Positions 39,773 to 48,443 of a DNA stretch of 64,000 nt are shown here, piece after piece. Position 1 is the stretch's first letter; every line of letters starts with the position of its first letter. A program made the translations under genes and the position numbers. Origin of the DNA: Phycisphaerales bacterium (GTDB taxonomy: Bacteria; Planctomycetota; Phycisphaerae; Phycisphaerales; UBA1924); assembly GCA_965227775.1 (NCBI GenBank), contig OZ245777.1, forward strand, positions 416,001-480,000. Direction: 5' to 3'. The notes below the pieces were generated by a model. It ran no database searches and was not told the origin of the DNA. It was given only the letters and a program-made list of their open reading frames with translations.

Positions 39773-41881
39773 TCAGCCGCCCGAAGAAAAATCATCCTGC
39801 AAGATCGCGCCACCCTGGCGGTCGTGCGAGAGGTCGACATCGACCGTCATATCACGCCCACCGGGCACGATCATCACGCTCTTGCCATCGAGCGCGGCAA
39901 AGAACCGATCAAGGTAGAGCTGGGCCCGGAAGTACGGGCGGTTGGCCCGATCAGCCGCAGCCTGACCCATGGCCAGTTGCGCCTCGCCCCACTGGCCCAT
40001 GTGCCGCTCCCATCGCTGGGCCTGCGCCTCGGCAATGAGCGACGCCGCCTGCCCGCCGGCCTCGGCCAGCAAGCGGTCGATCTTCAACTCCTGCTCCACG
40101 ATTTGCGACTCGAGTTCATCATCGACATCGGTCCCGCGCTGGGCCTGAAGGCGACCGAGCGCGTCGATCTCTGCGACGATCTCGTCGGCAAGCTCTACCG
40201 AGCCCACGGCCTGCGTCAGCGAGCGGATCGCCTCTGCCTGCGCAGCGTTGAGTTGCGCCTGGTACTTCTGCTCTTGCTCGACGACCTGGCCGAATTGCAG
40301 CGCCACGGACGCGGGCGGCGCGACGCCCGACACGCCTACCGAGAGGATGCGCACCACCGGCTCGCCGTTTTGCTTTGGGTTGGCCTCGATGAAGGCCCGC
40401 TCCAGCCGCTCCCGGATCTCGCTGGCCATCTGGGCGCGACGCGGGCCGAGGATCTCGTCAACGCGCGTCCGAAGCAGGTACTGCATGACCACCTGTTGCG
40501 TCAGGCGATACAGCATGTCCAGGTGGTTGCCATCTTGCGTGAACAGCTCCCACGCCTCCACGTCGTCGACGGTGTACCGCACCGGAACCTCGACGCGGAG
40601 CATGCTCAGGTCTTGCCCCAACGCCACATCCGAGCCCGCCTCGACCTCGCCGCGCGAGGGCTGGACGAGCAGGGTCGACTCGTTCTCGGCCATCAGGTTC
40701 GTCCACAAGTACGCGTCGGTCTCGACCGTTCGTGGCGCACTCGCACCATCGATGGTGCGCACCGTCGTCGTCGAAAAACCGACCAGCCGCTGCACGCGGT
40801 CCTCGTCGAACTCGTAGACGCCCGGCACCTCGATGCGATCGATCGGCCAGGGCAGCTTGGGCCGCAGGCCCGGCTGCACGTTCGCGTTCACGATCCGGCC
40901 AAAGCGGGTGTGGATGCCGGTCTGGTCCGGCCGCACAACGACGAACGAAGACATCGCCCAGAGGACGACCGCAGCGGCGGCCACCAGCATCCACGCTCGA
41001 CGCGTAAGCAGCCGGTACATCCAGCTGCGCGAGACTTCATAGCCAAACTGATAGTCGATGGCACCGCTGACCGATTCGGCCACCACCTCGGGTGACGCGA
41101 CCGGTCCGAGCAGTCGAGACGCGAACGGCGGGCGGAAGCCCTCATCGGGCTTGCGCGGGCGATAGAGCTCGAGCAGGAAGTTCAGGATCGACTCGGCCCC
41201 GAACACCACGAGCAGGATGGGCGACACATACAGCATCGCCCGGAGCACGTCGTTGCTCCCGAGCTGATCGACCACGTGCCCCGCGCCAACGAGCAGACCG
41301 AACAGGCCTGTGCCCGCGGCGATCGTCGCGCCGCCCTGCAGCGCCTGCCACGCGGGCCGCTTGGCCATGCCAGCGGTGTACCGACTGAACATGAAGCCGA
41401 TGACCGCGATTGCCAAGCCCAGCGTCAGGCCGACCAGCTCATGCGGCGGAACGGCGAACTCGTCCGGGTTGGCAAGCGCCCGCCCGGGACCGATCCGCAG
41501 CACACCTGCGAGGATGAGCGCCGCACCGAACACCAGCCCCACCGCCGGCACCGCAACAGTGCGGATGAGCTTGAGCCTGCGTCCGGCAACCCGCAACCCA
41601 CCCTCGGCCTCTTCGAACACCGAACTCGTCGCGGCATCCGTCGCGGCGAACGCCTCGGCCTCCATGGCCTCGATGCGTTCACGCCGGTGCTGGTCGTACA
41701 AGATGAGCAGCACGATCCAAGGCACGATGCCCACCAGGGCGAAGATCGCGCCGGTGACGGCGGTGGGCTCCTGACCCACAATGCCGTAGATGAGAAGCCC
41801 GATGCCGAACACGCTCTGGAAGATCAGGCCCAGGATGCAATGGCTGGCAGCACGCTTGTAGGTATTGAAATCACCCGACAT
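39773..41881 (-). CDS. SPFH domain protein (HflK-like) with polytopic N-terminal membrane domain
   Basis: About 7 hydrophobic segments, then SSFVVVRPDQTGIHTRFG...PGLRPKLPWPID...APPASVALQFGQVV. Confidence 0.85.
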   Translation of the reverse strand: MSGDFNTYKRAASHCILGLIFQSVFGIGLLIYGIVGQEPTAVTGAIFALVGIVPWIVLLILYDQHRRERIEAMEAEAFAATDAATSSVFEEAEGGLRVAGRRLKLIRTVAVPAVGLVFGAALILAGVLRIGPGRALANPDEFAVPPHELVGLTLGLAIAVIGFMFSRYTAGMAKRPAWQALQGGATIAAGTGLFGLLVGAGHVVDQLGSNDVLRAMLYVSPILLVVFGAESILNFLLELYRPRKPDEGFRPPFASRLLGPVASPEVVAESVSGAIDYQFGYEVSRSWMYRLLTRRAWMLVAAAAVVLWAMSSFVVVRPDQTGIHTRFGRIVNANVQPGLRPKLPWPIDRIEVPGVYEFDEDRVQRLVGFSTTTVRTIDGASAPRTVETDAYLWTNLMAENESTLLVQPSRGEVEAGSDVALGQDLSMLRVEVPVRYTVDDVEAWELFTQDGNHLDMLYRLTQQVVMQYLLRTRVDEILGPRRAQMASEIRERLERAFIEANPKQNGEPVVRILSVGVSGVAPPASVALQFGQVVEQEQKYQAQLNAAQAEAIRSLTQAVGSVELADEIVAEIDALGRLQAQRGTDVDDELESQIVEQELKIDRLLAEAGGQAASLIAEAQAQRWERHMGQWGEAQLAMGQAAADRANRPYFRAQLYLDRFFAALDGKSVMIVPGGRDMTVDVDLSHDRQGGAILQDDFSSGG

Positions 41882-42309
41882 GCACTCTGGCTCCCGGATA
41901 GAGGCTCCCGGAACGAACATTCCCGGCAACGAGGCGGCCCCAAAGAACTCGCCCGCGGTCGATCACGCGAGCGGGGCAGGCCACACGAGGGCTTGCTCCA
42001 GCCGCCCGCCTAGGCCATCGACCGCCCATTCTCACGCCCCGGGGCGTCGCTTTCAACACGCCCGGGCCGAGATTCGCTCGCCCTCGCTCACCCCTCCCGA
42101 GGCGCGCCCGAGATCCGGGCGACCAGGATCGAACTCCTGGAGTGACCCGCGGACGCATTCGGCAGCTACGCCTGCACGAACCCGGGGTTCGCCCTCGAGT
42201 CAGAAGAATTTCGTGCACCAACCGACCCCAAGGGCCACCCGAGGCGAATCATTGCATCCCTCGACGGCCCGGCGATCCGCTCGCGAGGCCGTGCACCACC
42301 GGGAGGCAC

Positions 42310-43665
42310 ATGCTCAGCCAGCTCTTCACCATCGCCCGCAACACCTTTGTCGAAAGCGTGCGCCAGCCGATCCTGCTGCTGCTGGTCCTCATCAGCGGCA
42401 TCGCGCAGGTCTTCAACACCTGGTCGGCCAACTTCAGCATGGGCCGCAGCAGCTCGGCCGAGGTTTACGGCGACAATAAACTCCTGCTGGACGTAGGTTT
42501 AGCCACGATCTTCGGCGCCGGCGTGCTTATGGCCGCCTTCCTTGCAACCGCTGTCATCTCCAGTGAGATCGACCGAAAGACCATGCTCACGGTGGTCAGC
42601 AAGCCAATCTCCAGGGCCTGGGTCGTGGTGGGCAAGTACCTGGGCGTGGGCGCCGCAATCTCCGGCGCCGTCGTCATCATGCTGACGTTCCTACTCCTGG
42701 CCATCCGCCACGGCGTGATGTCCACCGCGGCCGACACCCTGGACATGCCCGTCATCCTCTTTGGTCTTGGCGCGGTCATCGGCTCGCTGCTTCTCGCCGC
42801 CGCGGGCAACTTCATGTACGGGTGGTCCTTCAACCAGACCGCCACGCTCGCCATGCTGCCGCTGGTGCTGCTGGCGTACCTAGGTGTCCTGCTGATTTCC
42901 GCGGATTGGGAAGTCCAGCCCATCACAACGGACCTGCCCGTCAAGATCATCATCGCCAGTTCGGCCATGGTGCTGGCTATCCTGGTGCTCACGGCGGTCG
43001 CGACCGCTGCCAGCACGCGCCTTGGCCAGGTGATGACCATCGTCGTGTGCGCGGGCGTGTTCGTGGGCGGGTTGCTCTCGAACTACTTCCTGGGCCGCCA
43101 GGCCTTTTCCAACGAGATCGTCGCGGTGGTCGACTTCGCCCAGCCGCCCGAGACCGGCGAGAACAACCCATCTGCCCGTGGCGCATTCATGGAGGTCACC
43201 CTCAAAGAAGCGCCCCGTGTCGAGATCGCCCAGGGAGCCTCGTTCTACTACGGACCAAACCCCAACGGAGTCGCTCTGGTCACCGGCAACTTCACCCCCT
43301 TCGTGGGGGACCCGACAGATACGCCAGGGCTGTTTGAGGCCGGCACGCCGAGCGGCCTGATTGTGCAGAGCTCGAGTGGCAAGGAGCTTCTGGTCCAGAA
43401 CATCGGGCGGGAGCCGCTCGAGCTCTTCCGCGAGCCCCAACGCGACGATTTCGTGTTCATCACGCCCACCACGGTGGAACCCGTGTCGGCCACCCTCTGG
43501 GCCATCGTGCCCAACATGCACTACTACTGGCTTCTCGACGCCGTCACGCAGAACCGCGACGTGCCCGCCTCGCACTTGTTCAAGATCGTTATTTACGCCG
43601 TACTCCAGATCGCGGCGTTCCTCGCACTGGCGATCGCGCTCTTCCAGCGTCGAGATGTAGGGTAA
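42310..43665 (+). CDS. ABC-2-type permease (PilI-like), divergent from the SPFH operon
   Basis: RBS GGAGG; IARNTFVESVRQP...SEIDRKTMLTVVSKPISR...GKYLG; ends LFQRRDVG. Confidence 0.88.
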   Translation: MLSQLFTIARNTFVESVRQPILLLLVLISGIAQVFNTWSANFSMGRSSSAEVYGDNKLLLDVGLATIFGAGVLMAAFLATAVISSEIDRKTMLTVVSKPISRAWVVVGKYLGVGAAISGAVVIMLTFLLLAIRHGVMSTAADTLDMPVILFGLGAVIGSLLLAAAGNFMYGWSFNQTATLAMLPLVLLAYLGVLLISADWEVQPITTDLPVKIIIASSAMVLAILVLTAVATAASTRLGQVMTIVVCAGVFVGGLLSNYFLGRQAFSNEIVAVVDFAQPPETGENNPSARGAFMEVTLKEAPRVEIAQGASFYYGPNPNGVALVTGNFTPFVGDPTDTPGLFEAGTPSGLIVQSSSGKELLVQNIGREPLELFREPQRDDFVFITPTTVEPVSATLWAIVPNMHYYWLLDAVTQNRDVPASHLFKIVIYAVLQIAAFLALAIALFQRRDVG

Positions 43666-43812
43666 ACCCCTTAAACCGGCCCGCACGATTTGCGTATCAT
43701 CATCCTGTCAGGGCCCGACTAAACTACTGTGTCGGGCGGCGGTCGTGCCGCCATATCGAAGATCTCCCCCCGGCCCATCTCGCGCCGGCATCGAACGCAT
43801 CGGAGGCCCAGC

Positions 43813-44121
43813 ATGTCATCCTTGCTCGACGGCATCGAAGTCAATGAGTCCAGCGGCTCCTCTAAGTCGGGCGGCGGACCGGACCCGAAGGTCATCAAGA
43901 TCTCCATCGCCGCGGTGCTGTTCCTGCTGGCCGGCACGCTGATCGCAATGCAGTTCGGCATCATCCCGGCGCCCTGGGGTGGCGAGACCGTGAAGAACAG
44001 CTCGGGCGAGAAGGTCGAGTACACGCCGCCCCCGAAGGAAGAGATCGAGCGCATCGAGGAACAGCTCAAGCAGGAAGAGGCCGAGTTCATCCGCCGCGGC
44101 GGAACCGTCGGCGGCTCCTGA
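43813..44121 (+). CDS. Small single-TM hypothetical protein (paralog 1)
   Basis: RBS GGAGG; MSSLLDGIE...TM...EEIERIE...FIRRGG. Confidence 0.8.
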   Translation: MSSLLDGIEVNESSGSSKSGGGPDPKVIKISIAAVLFLLAGTLIAMQFGIIPAPWGGETVKNSSGEKVEYTPPPKEEIERIEEQLKQEEAEFIRRGGTVGGS

Positions 44122-44189
44122 TTCGAGTCCACCACGCGACCGTCTTGAACACGCACGGTGCGCCGGTGCGCGCACCGAGGAGGTGACGC

Positions 44190-44483
44190 ATGGCTTCTCT
44201 GCTCGATGGCATCGAGTTCAACGACGACAACACGAGCACCAAGCGATCCGGCCCGAGCGCCGCGGCCCTCAAGGTCTCGGCTGCAGTCGCGATGCTGCTG
44301 CTCGCGGGCACGTTCTTCGGCATGCAGGCCGGCGTGATCCCGTGGCCCTTCGGCTCGAGTAACCCGCAGGTTGCCCAGCGCGGCGAACGGCCAAGCCAAG
44401 ATGAGATCGAGCGAATCGAGCGAGACCTGCTCCAGCAGCAGCAGGACTTCATCGACGACGGCGGCCAGATCGGCCAGTCCTGA
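44190..44483 (+). CDS. Small single-TM hypothetical protein (paralog 2)
   Basis: RBS AGGAGGT; MASLLDGIE...TM...DEIERIE...FIDDGG. Confidence 0.8.
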   Translation: MASLLDGIEFNDDNTSTKRSGPSAAALKVSAAVAMLLLAGTFFGMQAGVIPWPFGSSNPQVAQRGERPSQDEIERIERDLLQQQQDFIDDGGQIGQS

Positions 44484-44526
44484 GCGGCTCGCCCTGATCA
44501 GTGTGTCCCGAACCGAGCAGCGCCGA

Positions 44527-45027
44527 TTAGCCTTCGGCGTTGTTTTCGTCCATATCACCAAGCTGGCGGAAGCAGGCCTCGTAGCCCAGGAGCAGGTGGG
44601 CTGCAGCCTTCACGCTGTCGTCCGATCCCAATGCGTCAGCGGGTACGTCGAGCGGAGAGCGGAACGTGAAGAGCATGTCGTCCGAGCGGAAGTGCTCGAA
44701 TGTCGGTCGCGGGCCCTCGTAGCCCAGGTCGATCATCTCTTCCTCGATCAACTCATCGAGTTTGTCGCCCGTGTGCACGAGATCGGCCTCGATCGACTCG
44801 CTCTGCCAGCGGTCGGCCATCTCGAGTGCGATCCACACGCGACCGCCATCCCAACGCACGCGGTAGTACGCCTCCTCGGCAGACCCATCGGCCAGGCAGT
44901 CGAGCCTGTTGTTGATGATCTGGCACGAGGCGAAGACGCCCGCCTGCTCCGCGCGAGCACGGAGGTTGTCCAGGAGCGTGGCAAAGGCGGGCGGGGCGGC
45001 GTTGGACGTCGATCCGGACTGAGGCAT
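44527..45027 (-). CDS. Hypothetical cytoplasmic protein
   Basis: RBS GGAGG; globular composition (DRWQSESIEADL..TGD, EHFRSDDMLFTFRS). Confidence 0.7.
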   Translation of the reverse strand: MPQSGSTSNAAPPAFATLLDNLRARAEQAGVFASCQIINNRLDCLADGSAEEAYYRVRWDGGRVWIALEMADRWQSESIEADLVHTGDKLDELIEEEMIDLGYEGPRPTFEHFRSDDMLFTFRSPLDVPADALGSDDSVKAAAHLLLGYEACFRQLGDMDENNAEG

Positions 45028-45145
45028 GGACCCTCCGAGCGAGGCGTGCGGGTGCGTAGACGCGTGCGAGCGTCATCGTACGCTCGACAGCGGGCGGCTT
45101 GCCCGCTATCCTCACCCCGCGCCGGGTTTCCCGGCCTCGCCCCAC

Positions 45146-45229
45146 GCCCAGGTGGCGGAACTGGCAGACGCGCTACCTTGAGGTGGTAGTCCTGGAAACA
45201 GGGTGGAGGTTCGAGTCCTCTCCTGGGCA
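45146..45229 (+). tRNA. tRNA-Leu (anticodon GAG), CCA not encoded
   Basis: Acceptor GCCCAGG/CCTGGGC-A; D-loop GGAACTGGCAGAC; anticodon arm CTACC-TTGAGGT-GGTAG; long variable arm; GGTTCGAGTCC. Confidence 0.96.
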
Positions 45230-45367
45230 TTCCTTCCCGCTCCGCGGCCCGTCCGATAGCCGCCCTACTTCTCACAACCGGCACGACCGATTCAAATGAA
45301 TTCGGGCCCTGAGCAGGCCGATGCATGGATATCGGTCCGCATCGCCGGCCGAGGGAGGGCTCCATCC

Positions 45368-46228
45368 ATGCCGCAGACACCTGCCAACGCCAACGCCCAG
45401 GCCACGATCACCGGCGAAGCGTTCGAACGCCTGGCCGAGGTCGTGTCGGAGCGCTCGGGCCTCGCGCTCGCAGCCGAGCGCCGTTCCGAGCTTGCGCCGT
45501 GGCTGCTGGAGCGCTTCGAGCAGGTTGGTCTCGAGAACTTCGACCAATACCTAACGCTGCTGACCACCGGTCCACTGCGCAACCAGGAGTTCCAGACCCT
45601 GCTCGCAGCGATGAGCCCTAGCAACGATCGGTTCTTCGGCCACGATCAGCAAATCAGCGCGTTCGAGGCCTCGCTCTTGCCACGGCTGCTCGAGGCGCGG
45701 CAGGAGTCGCGCCGCCTGAGGATCTTCTGCCCCGCGTGCGGCACGGGTCGAGACGCCTACACGCTGGCGATGATCATCCACCGCACGCTGGGCGTTCGCA
45801 TCATGGACTGGTGCATCGAGATCTACGGCTGCGACCTCAACGCCGCCGGCATCGATGTCGCCTCACGAGGCGTGTACGACACCGATAGCGTGCAGACCGT
45901 GCCCGAAGTCATGCGGCTGCGCTACTTCGTGCAACACCAGGATCGCTTCGCCGTCAACGACGAAATCACGCAGATGACGGGCTTCGAGGCCATCGACTTG
46001 CGTGATCAGGCGGGCATCCGCCGGCACGGCACGTGGGACGCCATCGTCTGCCGCGATACGCTGGGCGACTTCGAAGAAGATGCGCGCACGGGCGTGCTCG
46101 AGATGTTCCACGGCCTGCTCAACGACGACGGCGTGCTGCTGGTCGGCGAGTCGGAGATCCTGCCGCTCGAGCCGGCAGCCTTCACGCCGCTGCCCGAACG
46201 TCCGATTGCCGGCTATCGCAAGGCCTGA
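45368..46228 (+). CDS. CheR-like methyltransferase-fold protein, degenerate
   Basis: CheR architecture (SGLAL, RFF, RLRI..CGTG..AYTLAM, GCDLN, RYF, DAIVCR, LNDDGVLLVGESE) with several motif substitutions. Confidence 0.8.
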   Translation: MPQTPANANAQATITGEAFERLAEVVSERSGLALAAERRSELAPWLLERFEQVGLENFDQYLTLLTTGPLRNQEFQTLLAAMSPSNDRFFGHDQQISAFEASLLPRLLEARQESRRLRIFCPACGTGRDAYTLAMIIHRTLGVRIMDWCIEIYGCDLNAAGIDVASRGVYDTDSVQTVPEVMRLRYFVQHQDRFAVNDEITQMTGFEAIDLRDQAGIRRHGTWDAIVCRDTLGDFEEDARTGVLEMFHGLLNDDGVLLVGESEILPLEPAAFTPLPERPIAGYRKA

Positions 46229-46356
46229 GCGCGCACTCTCGGTGTGTCCTCCCACAAAGGAGCACGCCCGTCCCACGTCTGGGCCGGGCGTGCGGAGGAC
46301 ACAAGGCGCCGGTCCGCCTTTCGGCGAAGGGCACGTCTCTTTCAGAGAACGGGGGC

Positions 46357-46632
46357 TTACTCGCCGGACTCTTCGCCGGCCGAGCGGGCGAGCATGTCGC
46401 GCAGGTAGCGGTTCTCGCGGCGGGTGGCTTCGAGATCGAACACGAGGTACTTCACGCTGAGTCGCAGGTAGTCGAGGGACTCCTGCATCTCGCCGATGGC
46501 CTTCTTCACCCTGTCGTGGCGGGTCTTGGTCTCGTCGGCGAGCTTGCGGAGGCGATCGCGCTCGCCCTCGGGCATGTCGTTGATCTTCGTGAGAAGCTCG
46601 CCCAGGCGGGCGTGGAAGTCGCGATCGTTCAT
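46357..46632 (-). CDS. Small coiled-coil protein
   Basis: RBS GGAGGA; LDYLRLSVKYLVFDLEATRRENRYLR motif, recalled as planctomycete-typical. Confidence 0.8.
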   Translation of the reverse strand: MNDRDFHARLGELLTKINDMPEGERDRLRKLADETKTRHDRVKKAIGEMQESLDYLRLSVKYLVFDLEATRRENRYLRDMLARSAGEESGE

Positions 46633-46861
46633 GGTGTCCTCCGTCGATCGAGTCTCAGGTTGTGGTCCGCCCCCGCGGCCTGTGCCAAGACCTGATACAA
46701 CCGCCGCGCCGGCGTGCCAGAGCCGGGCCCCGGTTGGGGCACAAAGTGCGCCCCGTCCTATAAAAACCGCCCTCGCGGCTCGCCAGGGCGGTTCTCGGTC
46801 CGTCTGTCCTAAAAGGGCAAGCTGGGCGCTCCCGCCCGCTCGTGGGGGCCGTGGTGCGGCG

Positions 46862-47428
46862 TCAACGCCGGACGTTGCGTCCGCGCAACACGTCCTGCGC
46901 GTCGTTGGGCATCGACAACGCGATCCGACGGAACTCGGCCTCGTTCTCACGCTTCATCTGGCGGCCCAGCTCGCGGAGGTGCTCCTCGAGGCCGCGGCGG
47001 AATCGGGCGAAGCTGTCCTCGATCTCGTGGCGGGGAAGCTCCGATAACGGATCGACAAGCCCCGTCTGCATCGCGGCCCAGTCGACGAGCGAGCCGCCGC
47101 GGCCGTTGAAGCGGAAGAGGGCGCCGGTCTCCTGAAAACGGTCTTCCAGCGGCCGGAGCGCGTCGCGGACCGACTCGGGCAGCGAGACCATCTTGGCCTG
47201 GAGGGCGGCGGGCTGCAGATTGACAGGGCCGTCGGCGGTCGCGGCCAACGCGGGCGAGTCGATCACCTCGCGGACGCCCGCCCGCGCGAAGCGGATGCGG
47301 ACCTTTCGCGTGGGCTCGCCGTCGACGATCGTCGAGATGATCGACAGGACCTCGCCGTGGCCCCACTCCGGACGGGTCGCCAGGCGGACCCGGTCGCCCT
47401 TCTTCACTTCTGCCACGCTGCTGGACAC
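46862..47428 (-). CDS. DUF3553-like protein: N-terminal Tudor/SH3-like domain plus helical domain
   Basis: KGDRVRL..RPEWGHGEV...VRIRF..AG; RBS GGAGG. Confidence 0.7.
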   Translation of the reverse strand: MSSSVAEVKKGDRVRLATRPEWGHGEVLSIISTIVDGEPTRKVRIRFARAGVREVIDSPALAATADGPVNLQPAALQAKMVSLPESVRDALRPLEDRFQETGALFRFNGRGGSLVDWAAMQTGLVDPLSELPRHEIEDSFARFRRGLEEHLRELGRQMKRENEAEFRRIALSMPNDAQDVLRGRNVRR

Positions 47429-47597
47429 CCCTTACCCTCCTCGCTTTGGGCCGCCCCATTTGGGTCTGGGGGCCGATGGTAGCGGCCCGGAGCGACCGCG
47501 TGCGGGCCTAGTATTCTCATCATCGCCAAGGACACCCAGCACCGCCCGGCGATCCGGGTGCGTGCTGCTCGTGCGTCATCGGGAGCCCACAACTGCC

Positions 47598-47852
47598 ATG
47601 ATCGAAGCCCTCAAGAGCAACGAGATCGCCTCCAAGGTCGGCGGTCGCTTCAAGCTGACCGTGCTCATCCAGCGCCGCCTCGTCGAGCTCCTCGATGGCT
47701 CGCGCCCGCTGGTGGACCGCAACGGCCGCAGCGACCTCGAGGTGGTGATCGAAGAGATCATGCAGGACAAGATCACGCTCGAGTTCGCAGAGCCGCAGGC
47801 CGCCGAGGAACTGCCCCCGGCTCCGACCCGCTCGCAGGAAGCCCTGCTCTAA
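47598..47852 (+). CDS. rpoZ: RNA polymerase omega subunit
   Basis: KVGGRFKLTVLIQRRLVEL..G..PLV...EVVIEEI..DKI; directly upstream of coaC. Confidence 0.88.
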   Translation: MIEALKSNEIASKVGGRFKLTVLIQRRLVELLDGSRPLVDRNGRSDLEVVIEEIMQDKITLEFAEPQAAEELPPAPTRSQEALL

Positions 47853-47864
47853 CGCCCCTTCGCG

Positions 47865-48443
47865 ATGACCAGCCAACCCACCGCTGACCTGACCGGCCGC
47901 CGCGTGTTCATCGGCGTCACCGGGGGCATCGCCGCGTACAAGACGGCCACGGTCGTCAGCCGGCTGAGCCAGCGCGGGTGCGACGTGCGTGTCGCGATGA
48001 CCGAAGCCGCCACGCGGTTCGTCACGCCGCTTACGTTCGAGGCGCTTTGCGGGCATCCGGTCGTCACCGGTGTTTGGGATCATCACGATCCGGGTGACGT
48101 GCAGCACGTGAACCTCGCCGATCGCTGCGAGGTCGCGCTCGTCGCGCCGTGCACGATGGACTGCCTCGCGCGGCTGGTGCACGGACACGCGAGCGATCCG
48201 GTGACGCTCATCTTGAGCGCGATGGACCGCGCGAAGGTTCAGGTGCTGCTCGCACCTTCGATGAACACCGTCATGCTCGCCCAGCCGAGCACGCAGCGAA
48301 ACCTCCAGCAGCTCCGCGATGATGGGTACCACGTGCTCGACGCCGAGAGTGGCTGGCAGGCGTGCCGCCACGTCGGGCCTGGGCGGATGCCCGAGCCCGA
48401 GACGCTGATCGACGTCGTCGCCGAAGCGCTCGCGCGTCGCTAG
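47865..48443 (+). CDS. coaC: Phosphopantothenoylcysteine decarboxylase (monofunctional)
   Basis: GVTGGIAAYK, MTEAATRFV, HVNLA, APSMN, ACRHVGPGRM; no CoaB domain. Confidence 0.92.
   Translation: MTSQPTADLTGRRVFIGVTGGIAAYKTATVVSRLSQRGCDVRVAMTEAATRFVTPLTFEALCGHPVVTGVWDHHDPGDVQHVNLADRCEVALVAPCTMDCLARLVHGHASDPVTLILSAMDRAKVQVLLAPSMNTVMLAQPSTQRNLQQLRDDGYHVLDAESGWQACRHVGPGRMPEPETLIDVVAEALARR

Noticed and set aside
41889..41927. Three TCCCGG direct repeats upstream of the SPFH operon
   Set aside because: Short, GC-rich and unevenly spaced (14 and 15 nt), so compatible with chance.
45146..46228. tRNA-Leu as an integration site for an island
   Set aside because: No integrase, no duplicated tRNA 3' end noticed and no obvious compositional shift downstream.
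46676..46725. Two TGGCAC motifs on the minus strand as sigma54 promoters
   Set aside because: Neither has a TTGC-like -12 element at the required spacing.
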